Source: a virus
IMG/VR virus record: IMGVR_UViG_3300025133_000024
DNA: 64,000 nt
Strand: one strand, 5' to 3'
Shown: positions 21,213-30,642 of the stretch, one piece after another
Position numbering within the stretch: position 1 is the first letter of the stretch
Layout: each line of letters starts with the position of its first letter
Notes under the pieces: generated by a model
Database searches by the model: none
Told to the model about the DNA's origin: nothing
Seen by the model: the letters and a program-made list of their open reading frames with translations, nothing else
Made by a program: the position numbers and the translations under genes

Positions 21213-22173
21213 AATTTGTTCCATTATAACGACTTGCTACATATCCATCACCATAAGGCTCTAAATAATTCTGTTTTACATTCGATAAATTAATTTTATT
21301 TCCATATAAACTACGCTTAACGTCCTTTAGCATGTTCATAAGGTTTCTACCACCTTCAATCATTAAAACCTCTGAGGGAGTGGTAGGGGAGCCGAAAAAG
21401 GGTGAGATGTGAGTATGGTTGGATATGGCTTTGTTGAAATTTAATTGGTATTCAACAAATGCGTCAACAATTCCATTCATGGCACTTATATGTTTCATCA
21501 TTTTTTTTAATAATTCAATGGAGTTTTCACCTTTCAAAAAAGGTTGGACATCAGTATCATCATTACCAGCTATCAACTCAATCCCTTGTACTTCAAGAAC
21601 ATCTCCACCTAAAGAGTTTTTTCTATCTGTCCCTGTAACAAGTTTAATACTTTCTCTTGCAATGAATCGTAAATTATCTGATTTAATTCCTATTCCTGCT
21701 CTATTTGCATTTTTATCACGATTCTCTTCAGAACCAATTTTAAAATTATGGTCTAAGTCGGTTCTTTGTGATATATAAATTCTTGATGCATCATGAAAAA
21801 AATCGGGGTCAACAACTTTTATTTTTCCGTTATTATCAAACTCGAAAGAACTAAATCTTCCAGCCACAATATCAATGGTTCCACATTTCATGTGACCTTT
21901 TGGGCCATATGGACCTAGATTTTCTCCATTATCAAACTCTCCCGAAACAAACTTTGGACCGCTTCTGTCTCTTCCTAATACAATCCAAGTGTTGTTGTCA
22001 CCTTGAAATACTTTTTCGGAAGGGGATTTATTAAAATGGGGAACTGATTCTAACAGTTCCCCACATCCTAACCCTTTCAATTTGTTTTGCTCTATGTCAT
22101 CAAGTTGAATTAATGTGTCTTGATAGTTTATCGAAAGAGTTTTTATATCATTCGCTTTTTTAAATACAGACAT
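21211..22173 (-). CDS. Baseplate central spike (gp5 C-terminal/gpV-like)
   Basis: NNTWIVLGRDR, TIDIVAGR, RIYISQRTD, IGIKSDNLRFIARESIKLVTG beta-strand repeats and an NHTH (HxH) apex motif. Confidence 0.75.
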   Translation of the reverse strand: MSVFKKANDIKTLSINYQDTLIQLDDIEQNKLKGLGCGELLESVPHFNKSPSEKVFQGDNNTWIVLGRDRSGPKFVSGEFDNGENLGPYGPKGHMKCGTIDIVAGRFSSFEFDNNGKIKVVDPDFFHDASRIYISQRTDLDHNFKIGSEENRDKNANRAGIGIKSDNLRFIARESIKLVTGTDRKNSLGGDVLEVQGIELIAGNDDTDVQPFLKGENSIELLKKMMKHISAMNGIVDAFVEYQLNFNKAISNHTHISPFFGSPTTPSEVLMIEGGRNLMNMLKDVKRSLYGNKINLSNVKQNYLEPYGDGYVASRYNGTN

Positions 22174-22188
22174 TATCGTTACATTCTC

Positions 22189-23238
22189 TTAGCCGTCTTC
22201 GAAATGTGGAGAAGGGTCAATTGCGCTTTCCCTTCTATTGCTGCCAATTCTCAATTCCATGTGCAAGTGTGGTCCAGTGCTATCACCTGTGCTTCCAACT
22301 TTACCTATTACGTCACCTTGTTTTATTTTTTTACCTTTATAGACTAACACCTTACTACAGTGAGCAAATAAAATATAAAATAAAATTCCATTTTTTTTAT
22401 GCTTGGTGACAATTACATTGCCATAACCACCCCAGACAGAAACATTATTAACCACTCCTGTTTCTGGAGCAATTATATCTTGACCAGTTCTTGCTCCAAT
22501 ATCAATTCCACGATGAAACACAGGCTTTTGTTTTATTGGACTAATTCTTGGTCCAAAATTACTTCCAGGGCTGTGCTGAGGGAGGGGCCATTTTAATTTC
22601 AAACTTCTGTTCTTTGTTTTTCGAAGAGATTCTTTTCTTAACTCTTCTTTCTTTTTCCGAACATCTTCAGGATTTAAAGATGGAACATTTCCTTGAACAA
22701 CTTTATCTTGGTTTCTTTTGAATTTTTTTGCTGTGCTTATTGTACCAACAGGAAGCATTTTCTCATGAGATGTCACATCAACAATCAATGGCTCGGAAAA
22801 ATTAGATAGATTCCCATATGAAATTTTAACTATTTTCCCAGGAGATGACTTATCCAACTTATTTGAAATCTCTTTATTTTTACAAACAAAAATAGGAAAC
22901 ATCTCAATTGTATAATCATCCATTGATTGGTCAGATGACTTGGGATTTCCAAGGGATTCTAAATTAAAAGGAATTTCAGAGTGAGGTCCAGAAAAAACAT
23001 AACATCTAAATCTGGATAAAGGAGGAATGTTTGAATTGGGTATCTTAATGGAGTTTTCTTGTCTGAGGATGAGGGCATATAATTCTTGAGACACTTCAGA
23101 ACTTGACTCAAAAGACTTATTAGAGGCATGTTGCATGCCATCCAACACAGTTGTCTCTCTTAAATCAAACTCTCGTCTACCCGCCTCAGGCTTTTCAAAT
23201 TTATTTATTAAACCCCATTCTTCCCCCAATATAGGCAT
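22189..23238 (-). CDS. Tail-associated M23 family peptidoglycan endopeptidase with gp5-OB-like N-terminus
   Basis: HRGIDIGA (HxxxD), GGYGNVIV, FAHCS, GKVGSTGDSTGPHLHMELR (HxH). Confidence 0.9.
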   Translation of the reverse strand: MPILGEEWGLINKFEKPEAGRREFDLRETTVLDGMQHASNKSFESSSEVSQELYALILRQENSIKIPNSNIPPLSRFRCYVFSGPHSEIPFNLESLGNPKSSDQSMDDYTIEMFPIFVCKNKEISNKLDKSSPGKIVKISYGNLSNFSEPLIVDVTSHEKMLPVGTISTAKKFKRNQDKVVQGNVPSLNPEDVRKKKEELRKESLRKTKNRSLKLKWPLPQHSPGSNFGPRISPIKQKPVFHRGIDIGARTGQDIIAPETGVVNNVSVWGGYGNVIVTKHKKNGILFYILFAHCSKVLVYKGKKIKQGDVIGKVGSTGDSTGPHLHMELRIGSNRRESAIDPSPHFEDG

Positions 23239-23549
23239 TATTTGTTAGTTCCCTTTTTTGGTTCATTCTCTTTAATTTCATCAAACATATCATCAGCGCT
23301 AAAATCTTCGTCATCATCAAATCTATCTTCTTTTAAAATTATCGAAGCAGCTTTTAGAATTTGTTCGTTTGACCTTTGCATGTTGTCAATATATTTTGAC
23401 AATACTGGTCCAACATCCCTATGGGACTCACCAGTGCTCTTTAATTTGACCATTAACTCTAAAACCATTGCACCAACAAGATTTCTATCTGATGTCGCAT
23501 ATTCAATTACTTTTTCAATTTCTTCGTATTTCTTATTAGATATAGCCAT
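23238..23549 (-). CDS. Small hypothetical protein
   Basis: ATG at 23549 overlaps the end of the sigma gene (ORF track start 23576); helical with acidic tail. Confidence 0.7.
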   Translation of the reverse strand: MAISNKKYEEIEKVIEYATSDRNLVGAMVLELMVKLKSTGESHRDVGPVLSKYIDNMQRSNEQILKAASIILKEDRFDDDEDFSADDMFDEIKENEPKKGTNK

Positions 23550-24225
23550 CATCCCAATCTTCTTTAAAAACAGCATAATAAACTTTGAATTTCTTTAAGC
23601 TCGTTGCTATTTGTTTTGTTGTAAGTCCTGTCAACTCCCTAAGGTACAAATAAATAGCTTTTTTGTTAAAAATTTCAAGTTTTTCTTTCTTCTCGAAGAT
23701 TTCCAAAATTGAATTCAAAACCAACTCATCATTGGGCTTTAAGTCCGAATCTTTCCAGCTTTTAATCTCCTTGACAAGATTAAGCCAAAATTCATATTTT
23801 TCCATTTGTTTGTAAAATGGGTTTTCAACTGTTAATTCTTTTTCACTAATAACAGTATTTAAATCTCTATATGGGACTTCTCTTTCCAGACGCTTCTTTC
23901 TTTTCTTTACTTCATGAATAAACCAATTTTTGGTTATAACACTAAAGTAAGAAAACGCCTTAAAATTTTTATCGGGATTAAACTTTTCAATTATTGTCAT
24001 TAACCATGTCTTGCATTCACTTCTTAACAAATCAATATTATGAAGATTTGTAAACTTGAAAGTCAAAACAATTTTGTCAACCATTTCACTGAAAACTGGC
24101 TGAATATATTCCTTATAAATTTCTGTTCTTGTTTTTAAGCAATCAGTATTGTTATAGTCGATGATTTTCTCTTCATGAACCTTTGTGAAATACTGTTTGC
24201 CTCGCGGCTTTCTTTTTTTTGTCAT
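23536..24225 (-). CDS. Sigma70-family (T4 gp55-like) late sigma factor
   Basis: YFTKVHEEKIIDYN...EMVDKIV...DLLRSEC...EKFNPDKNFKAFSYFSVITKNWFI resembles region 2 (FDP..G.KAFSYF); C-terminal HTH-like LRELTGLTTKQI. Confidence 0.8.
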   Translation of the reverse strand: MTKKRKPRGKQYFTKVHEEKIIDYNNTDCLKTRTEIYKEYIQPVFSEMVDKIVLTFKFTNLHNIDLLRSECKTWLMTIIEKFNPDKNFKAFSYFSVITKNWFIHEVKKRKKRLEREVPYRDLNTVISEKELTVENPFYKQMEKYEFWLNLVKEIKSWKDSDLKPNDELVLNSILEIFEKKEKLEIFNKKAIYLYLRELTGLTTKQIATSLKKFKVYYAVFKEDWDDGYI

Positions 24226-24518
24226 TTATATTTTACTTCATCATCCTCTTCTTCTAAAAAATATACTTCTTGAAACTCCTTAAGTTCCTTTCTAAACTTA
24301 GCAGTATGCTTCATTAACGATTCCAAAGTTGCATCACCATAAAACATCTCTAACTTATAAACTCGCTTTAAATGCTTTTCATACCCACTTAAGAGTTCTT
24401 CTAAAAACTGAATATCTTCCTCAATCAACACTTTTTCTCTGATTATAATTCTATTAAACCAAAACAAAGCTCCTGAGAATGTGACGGACAAAATTAACAA
24501 ACTCACCAATATCCACAT
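24222..24518 (-). CDS. Small membrane-anchored protein
   Basis: Hydrophobic N-terminus MWILVSLLILSVTFSGALFWF followed by a coiled-coil-like region. Confidence 0.7.
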   Translation of the reverse strand: MWILVSLLILSVTFSGALFWFNRIIIREKVLIEEDIQFLEELLSGYEKHLKRVYKLEMFYGDATLESLMKHTAKFRKELKEFQEVYFLEEEDDEVKYK

Positions 24519-24782
24519 TTATTTCTTTGGGCTCCATTTTTTAAGGGTTGATTTTCTATCTTCTATTTCTTTTTTTGTGTTCTCGATAAACTCCTTAACC
24601 ACTTTTCCAGGCTTGATTTTTTTAGAAGTAGAAGATGGGGATTTTATGACTCCTTTGTAGTTCCAAACTCTCTTGATTTTATCCGACCTACATCGAATAC
24701 AATGATACACTTCATCAGAAATTCCTTTCTGAATTGCAAAAACATCATCACATTCTTCACAAAAAAAGTCATAAATAGGCAT
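24519..24782 (-). CDS. FmdB-family zinc-ribbon protein
   Basis: MPIYDFFCEEC...CIRC signature; start refined to the ATG at 24782. Confidence 0.85.
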   Translation of the reverse strand: MPIYDFFCEECDDVFAIQKGISDEVYHCIRCRSDKIKRVWNYKGVIKSPSSTSKKIKPGKVVKEFIENTKKEIEDRKSTLKKWSPKK

Positions 24783-24783
24783 T

Positions 24784-25101
24784 TTACACCTCTCCTTCTT
24801 GCTCCACCAATCGAGCCTTAAATTTTTCCTTAACACGCTCCTCCATCTCAGGAGAAACCTTAACCGTTGGAGGATTTGTTACATACAATTTTCCGTTAAA
24901 ACCAACCTTAAACTTAAATTCTTGAACGATATTCGAAATATCAACCTGCTCCATTAAACCCTTTTGCAAGGCAAACATAACAGCAGCAAGAGCCTGTTCA
25001 GATAAAACAAGGTCTCCAGATTGAATCTCTTCTTTTTTTAATCCCTTTGTTAATTCCGCTAAAAGGGATTTATTTACTTTTTTCTTATCTAATTCTAACA
25101 T
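24784..25101 (-). CDS. Hypothetical protein
   Basis: 105-aa ORF in the operon (LSEQALAAVMFALQKGL...VTNPP). Confidence 0.75.
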   Translation of the reverse strand: MLELDKKKVNKSLLAELTKGLKKEEIQSGDLVLSEQALAAVMFALQKGLMEQVDISNIVQEFKFKVGFNGKLYVTNPPTVKVSPEMEERVKEKFKARLVEQEGEV

Positions 25102-25102
25102 T

Positions 25103-26080
25103 TTACCACCTATAATTGTTTTTGTAATGTTCTACAATATTTTTAATTTCTTTTTCAAAATACTTTTTGGGTTTATACCCCAACTCAATTAATTTACTTT
25201 GATTCACAGCATACCTAACATCCTGTCCAGGTCTAACATGAGATAAATCAAAATATTTCTTCTTTTCTTCTGAGGTTAGTTCTTGATGAATGTCTCTATC
25301 TAAAAATGAATTCACAATCATCGATGTGACACTCATATTCTTTAATTCTTCATTTCCAGCCACATTATAAACTTCATTCCTTTTACCCTTTTCCACAACT
25401 GTTAAAATTGCTTCTGCTGTATCTTCAGCATGTAACCAACTTCTCACAGGGTTTCCTTTATTATGCAATTTTATTTTTTTATCTTCTTGCAACAACTTTA
25501 CACACAATGGAACCAATTTCTCAGGATACTGATAATTCCCATAATTGTTTGTTGGCCTAATAATATTATATTTCAAGCCATATGTTCTTGCCCATGATTT
25601 AATTAATAAATCCCCACTAGCTTTTGATGCTGCATAAGGATTTGAAGGGTTTAAAGGATTACTTTCATAAAAGTGACCAACCTCTATATCACCGTATACT
25701 TCGTCGGTTGAGACGTTTACCAAGATAGGTTGGTCCCTAATGTTTTTTGGTTTCCTGGAGATAAGTTCTAAAAGATTTCTCACTCCATCAACATTGGTTT
25801 TGATAAAATCTTTGCAATCAATTATCGAATTTCCAACATGAGTCTCAGCAGCCAAATTAATAACAAAATCACAATCGGGCAATCTTTTTAAATCGCAGAT
25901 ATCCTCTTTTAAAAAAGTATAAGTTTTTATATATTTTCCCAGAAGTTTATAATGTTCATCTTTGTTTGCAGCATATGTCATCTTATCAATTCCACATACT
26001 CGATAACCATTTTCCAGAAACTTCTTTGTTACATATGTTCCAATAAATCCACAACATCCTGTGATAACAACTGATTTCAT
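25103..26080 (-). CDS. rfbB: dTDP-glucose 4,6-dehydratase
   Basis: GCCGFIG, DKMTYA, NLAAETHV, STDEVYGD, PYAASKA, NNYGNYQYPEKL, RPGQDVRY motifs. Confidence 0.9.
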   Translation of the reverse strand: MKSVVITGCCGFIGTYVTKKFLENGYRVCGIDKMTYAANKDEHYKLLGKYIKTYTFLKEDICDLKRLPDCDFVINLAAETHVGNSIIDCKDFIKTNVDGVRNLLELISRKPKNIRDQPILVNVSTDEVYGDIEVGHFYESNPLNPSNPYAASKASGDLLIKSWARTYGLKYNIIRPTNNYGNYQYPEKLVPLCVKLLQEDKKIKLHNKGNPVRSWLHAEDTAEAILTVVEKGKRNEVYNVAGNEELKNMSVTSMIVNSFLDRDIHQELTSEEKKKYFDLSHVRPGQDVRYAVNQSKLIELGYKPKKYFEKEIKNIVEHYKNNYRW

Positions 26081-26511
26081 TTTTCTTCTCTATTTTTTTG
26101 TTCTAAAAAATGCCAAGCTCTTTGATAACCCCATGAAACAGGTTTCCGTCCTCTCCCCAATCCCTCAACAATTGTTAAATTTCCTGAGAATGATAGGAAA
26201 GTCTTTATTGGCATAATATAAAATATATCCAAATTGTCAACATAAATTAACGCAAAATCAAAATCTGTTTCTTGATATTTTTCTTTCTTTTTGCCTCTTC
26301 TTGTGTTGACAACATATTTTTCTTCATTGTTTTTTGAGGCAGTCTTAACTTGAATCTTGTACAAACATCCTTTAACATCAAATATCAAATCATATGGTAA
26401 ATTATCACCAACAGGCTTAGAAACACCATAGTTTCTTTTTAATGCATGAACTATAGCCATATTCTCTGCTATATCACCAAGTTGTTTTCTATAGGATGTT
26501 TTGTATTTCAT
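26077..26511 (-). CDS. PD-(D/E)XK endonuclease, I-Ssp6803I/PDDEXK_5-like (putative free-standing homing endonuclease)
   Basis: GDIAE...PVGDNLPYDLIFD....YKIQVKT signature, C-terminal DFDFALIY. Confidence 0.8.
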   Translation of the reverse strand: MKYKTSYRKQLGDIAENMAIVHALKRNYGVSKPVGDNLPYDLIFDVKGCLYKIQVKTASKNNEEKYVVNTRRGKKKEKYQETDFDFALIYVDNLDIFYIMPIKTFLSFSGNLTIVEGLGRGRKPVSWGYQRAWHFLEQKNREEK

Positions 26512-26520
26512 TTACAAGGA

Positions 26521-26934
26521 TTAACGATTTTTCTTTAATGATACAGTCGGATCAGTATATTTTGGAGCCGTGACAGTTCTTGCAAATGCCTTAGAATCAG
26601 GATAACCTTCTCTTTCGGTTGTTTCCCTTTCCCTTTGTTCCTGGACTCTTACAATAATCGCATCAGCCCAATCAATATAATCATCCATTGCGTACATTTC
26701 GCTACGAGATAAATTAATCATTTCTACAGCAACATCAACATAATCAAAGGAAACATCAGTTTCTTTAACAACCAGTTGTTCAATTTTCTTTAATACACCA
26801 ATTACTTCTTCCGTAGGTTTGTTTTCCATTTTTAACAAAACAGCAATTTGGTCAACAATGTTCTTTAAAGCCTCTGGATGTATGGCTTCATTAACAAACT
26901 CTTTCCAGTTTTTTATAAATTTTTTATTCTGCAT
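26521..26934 (-). CDS. Hypothetical protein with W-x-x-F-x-x-E leader
   Basis: ATG at 26934 just after the cupin stop gives MQNKKFIKNWKEFVNEA. Confidence 0.65.
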   Translation of the reverse strand: MQNKKFIKNWKEFVNEAIHPEALKNIVDQIAVLLKMENKPTEEVIGVLKKIEQLVVKETDVSFDYVDVAVEMINLSRSEMYAMDDYIDWADAIIVRVQEQRERETTEREGYPDSKAFARTVTAPKYTDPTVSLKKNR

Positions 26935-26935
26935 T

Positions 26936-27331
26936 TTAATCACCCTTAACAATTCTAATAGAATCTTCGTCAAAATGTTGCGTTGAAAATTCAAACAACT
27001 CTGTGTCCTCTAGTGCTTCCATCTGATGTCGCAAGCCAATAGGAATGCGATACACCTCTCCTTCATTCAATGTCAAAATAGAAGCATTATCAATATCATC
27101 TTCCCAAGAAAGCGTCAACAACAACTTTCCTTTGTGAACATAAAAATGCTCTTCTTTCAATTTGTGATAATGAAAACTGCATTTTTTCCCCTTTTTGAAG
27201 AATAATAGCTTTCCACAATATTTCTCGTTATTTGTTATCCAAGATTCATAACCCCAACCTTTTGGAACAAAGTTTTCCGGGAGGGATGAAGTTGGAAAGT
27301 TAAATTTCTCATAAAATTCACCATGAAGCAT
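26936..27331 (-). CDS. Cupin-domain protein (sugar isomerase/epimerase-like)
   Basis: PKGWGYE...CSFHYHKLKEEHFYV...IPIGLRH cupin metal-binding motif. Confidence 0.85.
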   Translation of the reverse strand: MLHGEFYEKFNFPTSSLPENFVPKGWGYESWITNNEKYCGKLLFFKKGKKCSFHYHKLKEEHFYVHKGKLLLTLSWEDDIDNASILTLNEGEVYRIPIGLRHQMEALEDTELFEFSTQHFDEDSIRIVKGD

Positions 27332-27528
27332 TATTTGTATTTCCTTGTATATCTATTCCACCATGCCAACTTCAAATATTTATCAGGCACAGGACTTAAC
27401 CAAAATTTTTTATAACCCTCACAAACATCACATTCATGATATTCTTTCGAATTACACTCTGGGCACTTATTTCTCCAGAGTCTATATTTACCTCTCAACC
27501 ACAAACAACACTTAATCAACGAAAACAT
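27331..27528 (-). CDS. Small Cys-rich protein (CxxC...CxxC)
   Basis: CPEC...CDVC; stop/start coupled on both sides. Confidence 0.6.
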   Translation of the reverse strand: MFSLIKCCLWLRGKYRLWRNKCPECNSKEYHECDVCEGYKKFWLSPVPDKYLKLAWWNRYTRKYK

Positions 27529-27919
27529 GGGTCTTGTTTTCTTCTAAAAGTGATTTTAAGTCAATATTCCCCAAACCCTTGTCTCTATCCACCGTAATTC
27601 CGAAAGCCGTTTTGCCCATCTTCCCAGGTTTGTTGTCATTAATTAAAAACCTTGGGCCTCTACCAACACCCATTACAAGTTGATGATAAGGAATTGCACA
27701 CTTTTCTAGTTGTTCTTCCGTGTATTTCTTCATGGATGGTGGTCTTGCTGTTGTAATAAGAATAAAACGGCCATCAGAAATCCATTCGTTGAATCTTTTG
27801 TGAACACCATCTAAAACTATTGTTGGATTATTATAAATCTCAGTAATATCACCATGGTGTTTAAAAATTAAACCATCAATATCTGCTACTACTAATCCAC
27901 TATTGCTGTACGAAAACAT
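27512..27919 (-). CDS. HAD-superfamily phosphatase (small, capsule-biosynthesis type)
   Basis: VVADIDG (DxDG motif I), LITTAR motif II, LINDNK motif IV; start refined to 27919. Confidence 0.8.
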   Translation of the reverse strand: MFSYSNSGLVVADIDGLIFKHHGDITEIYNNPTIVLDGVHKRFNEWISDGRFILITTARPPSMKKYTEEQLEKCAIPYHQLVMGVGRGPRFLINDNKPGKMGKTAFGITVDRDKGLGNIDLKSLLEENKTHVFVD

Positions 27920-28859
27920 TGTGAACACCTTTGTCTTCAAATTTAAAATCCATAATATTATCTCTATAAATCTCTTTTAATTTCTTTTTTACTTCTTGAC
28001 TACAAATTGCCATAACAAAACCCTGTCCACCAGCACCTAATAATTTTGCTCCATAGGCTCCATTATCTAAACATGTGTCTATGATTTCTTCTATCCTTGG
28101 AGTAGCAATCAAAGGGGACAACAGTCTTTTGTGATTCCATGATTCCGATAAAAGATAACCAATTTCAGGGATGTCTTCTTGAATAAATACCTCATACGCT
28201 TGAACAGCAATATCATGAATTTGTTTTTTATCTTTATTTTCATGAGATTTTGCTATTGAATTTGTCTCTCTCTGCCCATTAGTATAAATCAAAATAATTG
28301 ATTCTTCTAGTCTTTTTTTAAATTTTTCTGTTACTGGTAAAGGCTTAACATTAAACGAACCATCATGTTCAATCTCTATTGTGTTTAATCCACCGTGCAC
28401 TGCCCAAATTTGGTCTTGAATTCCTCCAGGTTCGTTTAATCTATTTCTTTCAATATCAATCGCATCTAGAGCCAAATCATCCCAGGTTATAAATTCATCC
28501 TGAAGTTGTCGGAGAGCATATAACAAAGAAACACAAAAAGAAGAAGAACCTCCCAATCCTGTTCTAGAAGGAATATCTGCAAATGTATGTAAATCTACAG
28601 CCCTAGTTTCTCCATTATATTTTAATATTTCCTTTATTAAGGGGTGTTTAATATCTCTGTTGGATATTACAACTTCTTGTTCTGAATAGGAGATAATTGA
28701 CTTGTCTGAAACAATTTCTGGTCTGTACCTTAAAGAGGTATAAACATATTTATCAATGGTTGTTCCAATAATAAAACAACCATGCTTCTGATAATAATCT
28801 TCAATATCCGCAGACCCGCCAAAAAAGCTAACTCTCAATGGTGCCCTAGTGATTATCAT
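27900..28859 (-). CDS. hddA: GHMP kinase, D-glycero-alpha-D-manno-heptose-7-phosphate kinase-like
   Basis: MIITRAPLRVSFFGGSAD, PSRTGLGGSSS, GIQDQ, GAKLLGAGGQG. Confidence 0.85.
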   Translation of the reverse strand: MIITRAPLRVSFFGGSADIEDYYQKHGCFIIGTTIDKYVYTSLRYRPEIVSDKSIISYSEQEVVISNRDIKHPLIKEILKYNGETRAVDLHTFADIPSRTGLGGSSSFCVSLLYALRQLQDEFITWDDLALDAIDIERNRLNEPGGIQDQIWAVHGGLNTIEIEHDGSFNVKPLPVTEKFKKRLEESIILIYTNGQRETNSIAKSHENKDKKQIHDIAVQAYEVFIQEDIPEIGYLLSESWNHKRLLSPLIATPRIEEIIDTCLDNGAYGAKLLGAGGQGFVMAICSQEVKKKLKEIYRDNIMDFKFEDKGVHNVFVQQ

Positions 28860-29857
28860 TATACATTACCCCAAAGAGAACGAACTTGAGTTAACACTTC
28901 ATAACCTTTTATCAATTCTTCAATTCCATCTTCAATCGAATATTTAGGTTCCCAGCCCAGAGATTCCAATTTTTCATTGGAAACAATATAATTCCTCTTG
29001 TCAATGTCTTTTTTGCCCTCTATATGAAAAGTCTTAAGCTCAGGAACTTGCTCTTTTATCTTCTGACATAATTCAAACTTTGACAAGTTAGCTGAAGATA
29101 GGCCCATGTTATATGTCTCACCTTTCATTTTATCAAAATTGTTAATCGCGAAAATAAATGACCTTACCACATCTTTAATGTGAACATAATTCCTCTTGAA
29201 ATGAGGTTCAAACAATGTAATTGAGCCTTCTGTGACCGCTTTATAAACAAAATCATTAACCAACAAATCCAATCTCATTCTAGGAGAAAGTCCAAACACC
29301 GTCGCCAATCTAAAACAAACCACATTCTCAGGGGCCTGCTCCAAACAAAAAACCTCAGCGTTAACTTTCCAAATTCCATATCCACTTAACGGACTCAAAG
29401 TAGACTCTTCTGTACAATAAGCTAACTCCCCATCAACAACATCCCCAACTCCATAACCACTATTCGTACAGAAATAAACCATCTTCTTGTTATACTCTCT
29501 AGACCACAAAGCACAATCAACAATGTGAGAAAAATTAACCTTTTGATAATTATTGTATTTCTCTTTGTTACAAGCTGGCATTCCAACAATACAAGCCAAT
29601 GGCAACACCACATCACACCACTTCACCCATTTATGAACAAATTCCTTATCCCTCACATCTCCATAAATAAATTGAATATTTTTCTTCCTCAGAAGACTCA
29701 CAAGGGATGTTTGTTGATAATGAAGGTTATCTATCACAACAATCTCCAAATCCTCTTGAAATTGATATTTGGGGTCTTCCTGGGTATCTGGGTTGAGAAG
29801 TGTTTCTAAAAGAACAGTTCCGATGTATCCTGCTCCGCCAGTTATTAAAAGCTTCAT
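28859..29857 (-). CDS. NAD-dependent SDR, Cj1427/WcaG-like GDP-heptose C4 dehydrogenase
   Basis: TNSGYG, CTEES.LSPLSGYG..KV.AE, FRLATVFGLSPRMRLDLLVNDF, HFKRNYVH, KMKGETYNMGLSSANL, DKRNYIVSN closely match my recollection of C. jejuni Cj1427; adjacent to hddA. Confidence 0.7.
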   Translation of the reverse strand: MKLLITGGAGYIGTVLLETLLNPDTQEDPKYQFQEDLEIVVIDNLHYQQTSLVSLLRKKNIQFIYGDVRDKEFVHKWVKWCDVVLPLACIVGMPACNKEKYNNYQKVNFSHIVDCALWSREYNKKMVYFCTNSGYGVGDVVDGELAYCTEESTLSPLSGYGIWKVNAEVFCLEQAPENVVCFRLATVFGLSPRMRLDLLVNDFVYKAVTEGSITLFEPHFKRNYVHIKDVVRSFIFAINNFDKMKGETYNMGLSSANLSKFELCQKIKEQVPELKTFHIEGKKDIDKRNYIVSNEKLESLGWEPKYSIEDGIEELIKGYEVLTQVRSLWGNV

Positions 29858-30642
29858 TGATTTTCTCCGATTGGGTATTTTTTAATCATTTGTTTGCTGA
29901 GGGTTGTGATTCCTTTTTGTTGTACAATTTCTGTGCAGCAATTATTGGCGAACTTTATTGATTTGATGACATCTTTTGAGTTTAAAATTCCGTAGACGAA
30001 CGAAGCAATAAAGGAATCTTTGACTCCGAGTCTAGTTTTTGTTTCTACATCGGGAACAGGGTAGTTTGTTTTTTTATAATCTGTTCCATCTTTACCTTTT
30101 ATAAAAACGAGTTTGTCATCCAGATATGGTGTATTGTATTTCTTTACATTAGAATTTTTCACTTCTTCTCTGCTCATAATGATATAAGAAGGTTTTTTGG
30201 TCCAATCATCATTAATGTCAATTACTTTTTTTGTAAAGACAAAAGGCATTGAAGCGACAGAAATAAAAGAGCAAATATCTCTTAAGGATAAAAATCCTTT
30301 GTCATAATCAACAATGACCACTGCGTCATATTGTCTAATAAATTCTTTGGATGGTATTTGTTTTATTCTTTCTGTTTTTTCTTTTTCCGAATCAACTCTT
30401 AAAAACATATGATGCGTTCTTTTATCAATGAATCTTGTCTTTTTTACAACAGATTCATTAGACAACAATTCTGTTCCAGGAACAATTGCTTTTAAGTTTT
30501 CGTAAACATTTCCAGCCATTCCTTTATTTTGTTTTGTTTCTTCAGGAATGAAAATTGGAACAGGAACGTTGTTGGATAATGAATTTACAGAACCATAAAT
30601 AATTTCATCAATACAAGAATCTCCAACCACCAATATTTTCAT
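29854..30642 (-). CDS. PfkB/RfaE(HldE)-kinase-like protein with degenerate anion hole
   Basis: MKILVVGDSCID...VPV...GMAGNV..NL...KTRF....LRVD...DYDKG; the C-terminal motif reads RLGVKDSF instead of TGAGDTF. Confidence 0.75.
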   Translation of the reverse strand: MKILVVGDSCIDEIIYGSVNSLSNNVPVPIFIPEETKQNKGMAGNVYENLKAIVPGTELLSNESVVKKTRFIDKRTHHMFLRVDSEKEKTERIKQIPSKEFIRQYDAVVIVDYDKGFLSLRDICSFISVASMPFVFTKKVIDINDDWTKKPSYIIMSREEVKNSNVKKYNTPYLDDKLVFIKGKDGTDYKKTNYPVPDVETKTRLGVKDSFIASFVYGILNSKDVIKSIKFANNCCTEIVQQKGITTLSKQMIKKYPIGENQ

